Assembly (NCBI GenBank): GCA_964252075.1
Contig: CAXULY010000024.1
Coordinates: 1 to 64,000, forward strand
Origin: an uncultured Deinococcaceae bacterium
GTDB taxonomy: Bacteria > Deinococcota > Deinococci > Deinococcales > Deinococcaceae
Length of the DNA stretch: 64,000 nt
Reading direction: 5' to 3'
A model generated the notes under the pieces. That model saw only the letters and a program-made list of their open reading frames with translations. It was not told where the DNA came from and did not search any database. Of this stretch, positions 62,115-64,000 are shown one piece after another. The position numbers were made by a program, and so were the translations under genes. Each line of letters opens with the position of its first letter. Positions within the stretch are counted from its first letter, which is position 1.

Positions 62115-62443
62115 GCGGAAACTCTGTTTAGAAGCGCGAGGATGCGGGACCGGTACACGTGTTGAGGATAGGAGCCAAACATGACGTCTTGAGGTTCACC
62201 ATCGTGGTACACCAGGACGGCGGGTACACCCATGACGTGCTGTTGGAGGGCCGTCAGCACCGCTTCGTCAATATTGACCGCACCGAATTGGACTTGATCG
62301 CTGAACTCCAATGCCAGTTCAGCGAGGGCGGGACTGACGATGCGGCATGGACTGCAAGTCGGCGACCAGAACTCGACGACCCACCAACCCGTTTGAATCT
62401 GCGACTCAAACGTGCTGTCGGTCAGGGCGGGCAACTCACTCAT
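62111..62443 (-). CDS. Thioredoxin
   Basis: LTDSTFE...VVEFWSPTCSPCRIVSP...VNIDE...VMGVP. Confidence 0.9.
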   Translation of the reverse strand: MSELPALTDSTFESQIQTGWWVVEFWSPTCSPCRIVSPALAELALEFSDQVQFGAVNIDEAVLTALQQHVMGVPAVLVYHDGEPQDVMFGSYPQHVYRSRILALLNRVSA

Positions 62444-62618
62444 GGTTGTGAATTGGGTGCTGATCGCCACCTCGGTCCTCACACAGCGGACGACACCAGT
62501 GGATTACCGCTGTGCTTTTTCCAGACACTCCGGCTTGGGCTTTGGATGCGGGCGTAGCGGTCGCCACGGGAGACGCGCACGTCAGAATCAGGCTGAGGAG
62601 GATGCGGTAAGGGTTCAT
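62436..62618 (-). CDS. Small secreted peptide (60 aa) with WCRPLC motif
   Basis: AGGAGG RBS; signal-peptide-like MNPYRILLSLILTCASPVATA; stop overlaps the thioredoxin start. Confidence 0.7.
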   Translation of the reverse strand: MNPYRILLSLILTCASPVATATPASKAQAGVSGKSTAVIHWCRPLCEDRGGDQHPIHNHE

Positions 62619-63024
62619 GGTGGACCTCCTGCATGCAGCCTAACAATGTGAGGGATTTGGTGGGTGATGTGTTGGGCTTTTGTTGGACGCACGCGAGATG
62701 CTCGTGTGCGTCTGTGGGGCGTCGCCCCCGTAATGTGTCTTTACCCGGCGTTCAGGCACGAATGGTCGCTGCCCCGTCACAAGTTCTAGGGCGGTGGCGT
62801 CCATCAACAGCTTGGATTCTGGGCTGACCTGACCGGTATCCAATGGCATGGATCCGGTGGGTTGAAGTCAACGAGAACGGCCAGGTCTCTCAAACTGGCC
62901 TCCGCGAACGGTTCCCACACCGCTCGATGCCCCGCCTCGTCCTCCACAGTACTCAGCTCGGGCTTCCCCAGCGTACCGGTCGACCCGCCGCGACGCAACG
63001 CCCGGACCCCATGAGGAGTCCACC

Positions 63025-64000
63025 ATGACGCAGCCCACCCTCCTTCACACCCTGCAAGTCCAGCGCTTCACCACGCTCAAGCGCCTGTGCGTCCATATGG
63101 TCGAGCAGTCCAAAGCGGACTGCCCCGAGGGCCGCGGGCGCAGCTTCACGCAGGTGTATCTCCAGACCCGCCGGGAACTCGCGCAACTCGTCGTCGCCGG
63201 CACCATCACCTGCTGGTCGAAAGGCAAGCCGCTGTACGTTCTGACCGATGAGGCTGAGCAGCTGCGGACGGACCTGCGCCTTGCGATGCTGGAGCGCATT
63301 ATTCGGTGCGGTGACATCACCCCCCGAACCATGCGGTCTGTGCCGTTGTGCGGTCTGACGGTGGCGATGGACCTGCAGCAGGAATTGGCGGCGGAACTCA
63401 TGGCGGACGGCCTGATTGAGAACGTGGGGCAGCGCGGTGCAGGGCGGATGAAGGTGTACCGCGCGACGGAGGAGGCGCGCGTGCGCTTCGCGGATCCGGT
63501 CACGGTGACGACGCCGGTGGTGGCTGAGACCCTGGCGTACCTGATGACGCCCACGAAGGTGGGGTTCAGGCGGGACTCGGCGCTAAATATCGCGGAGCGC
63601 CTGAAGCGGCCGCTGCTGGAGGTGAAGCGGGCAATCATGCACCTCATGGAGCTGGGGATGGTGCGGATCACGGCGGAGGTGGGCGCCCTGAAGGTGTACG
63701 GGTACGCCCTGACGGACCTGGTCTCGCAGCGCGTGGAGCGGCTGCCGGCGGGCGCGCCCGTCCTGGCGGACAAGCCGACCGAGGACCTGCGGAGCGAGGA
63801 GGTTGCGGGTGTGCGGGCGGTCCGCGCGCAGGGCGTGCCGAGCGCCACCGTGCGGCTGAGCGCAGCGCTGCGCGCGGCGCTCACGGTGTCAGGCGTGCAG
63901 GTGCCTGCGGGGCGCGCGGTGCGCAGCGCCCCGCGGGCGTCCCGTGTTCCGCGGCGCGCTGTGGGTCTTCTAGGGCCAGCCGCGCGTTCGGGTGCTTGGC
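63025..64000 (+). CDS. Hypothetical protein with about three tandem winged-helix-like units; runs off the window
   Basis: GAGGAG RBS; no stop from 63025 to 64000; units end KPLYVLT, MKVYRAT, LKVYGYALT. Missing from the ORF track because it is incomplete. Confidence 0.7.
   Translation, partial: MTQPTLLHTLQVQRFTTLKRLCVHMVEQSKADCPEGRGRSFTQVYLQTRRELAQLVVAGTITCWSKGKPLYVLTDEAEQLRTDLRLAMLERIIRCGDITPRTMRSVPLCGLTVAMDLQQELAAELMADGLIENVGQRGAGRMKVYRATEEARVRFADPVTVTTPVVAETLAYLMTPTKVGFRRDSALNIAERLKRPLLEVKRAIMHLMELGMVRITAEVGALKVYGYALTDLVSQRVERLPAGAPVLADKPTEDLRSEEVAGVRAVRAQGVPSATVRLSAALRAALTVSGVQVPAGRAVRSAPRASRVPRRAVGLLGPAARSGAW

Noticed and set aside
1..64000. CRISPR array, tRNA, rRNA or intact transposase/IS
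   Set aside because: No regularly spaced repeats, cloverleaf signatures or DDE/HUH transposase ORFs found by eye.

Overview
GC-rich accessory DNA that looks like a Deinococcus plasmid or megaplasmid. Supporting signs are the lexA-imuY-imuB(C)-dnaE2 mutagenesis cassette, an N-terminally extended HU, an SLH/SlpA-like protein, a DrRRA-like response regulator and many leaderless TAnnnT promoters. Intact modules sit among many decayed gene fragments (EAL, HD-GYP, TerD, integrase, LutB, AraC, LysR, globin, a second dnaE2 3' end). Best leads: (1) a translationally coupled radical SAM + small protein + nuclease-STAND ATPase (Avs2-like) defence operon at 44495-50039; (2) a four-gene operon of secreted Cys-peptide, thioredoxin, TPR protein and coiled-coil protein at 59821-62618, a candidate peptide-signalling system, with a second 6-Cys secreted peptide next to DsbA at 57671; (3) three modular surface lipoproteins, one carrying a zincin-like domain that has lost all three zinc ligands; (4) a partial PRTRC ubiquitin-like locus; (5) a candidate LexA operator TTGAC-N4-GTCAA. 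No rRNA, tRNA, CRISPR array or intact transposase was seen. All family calls come from motif recognition by eye, not database searches.
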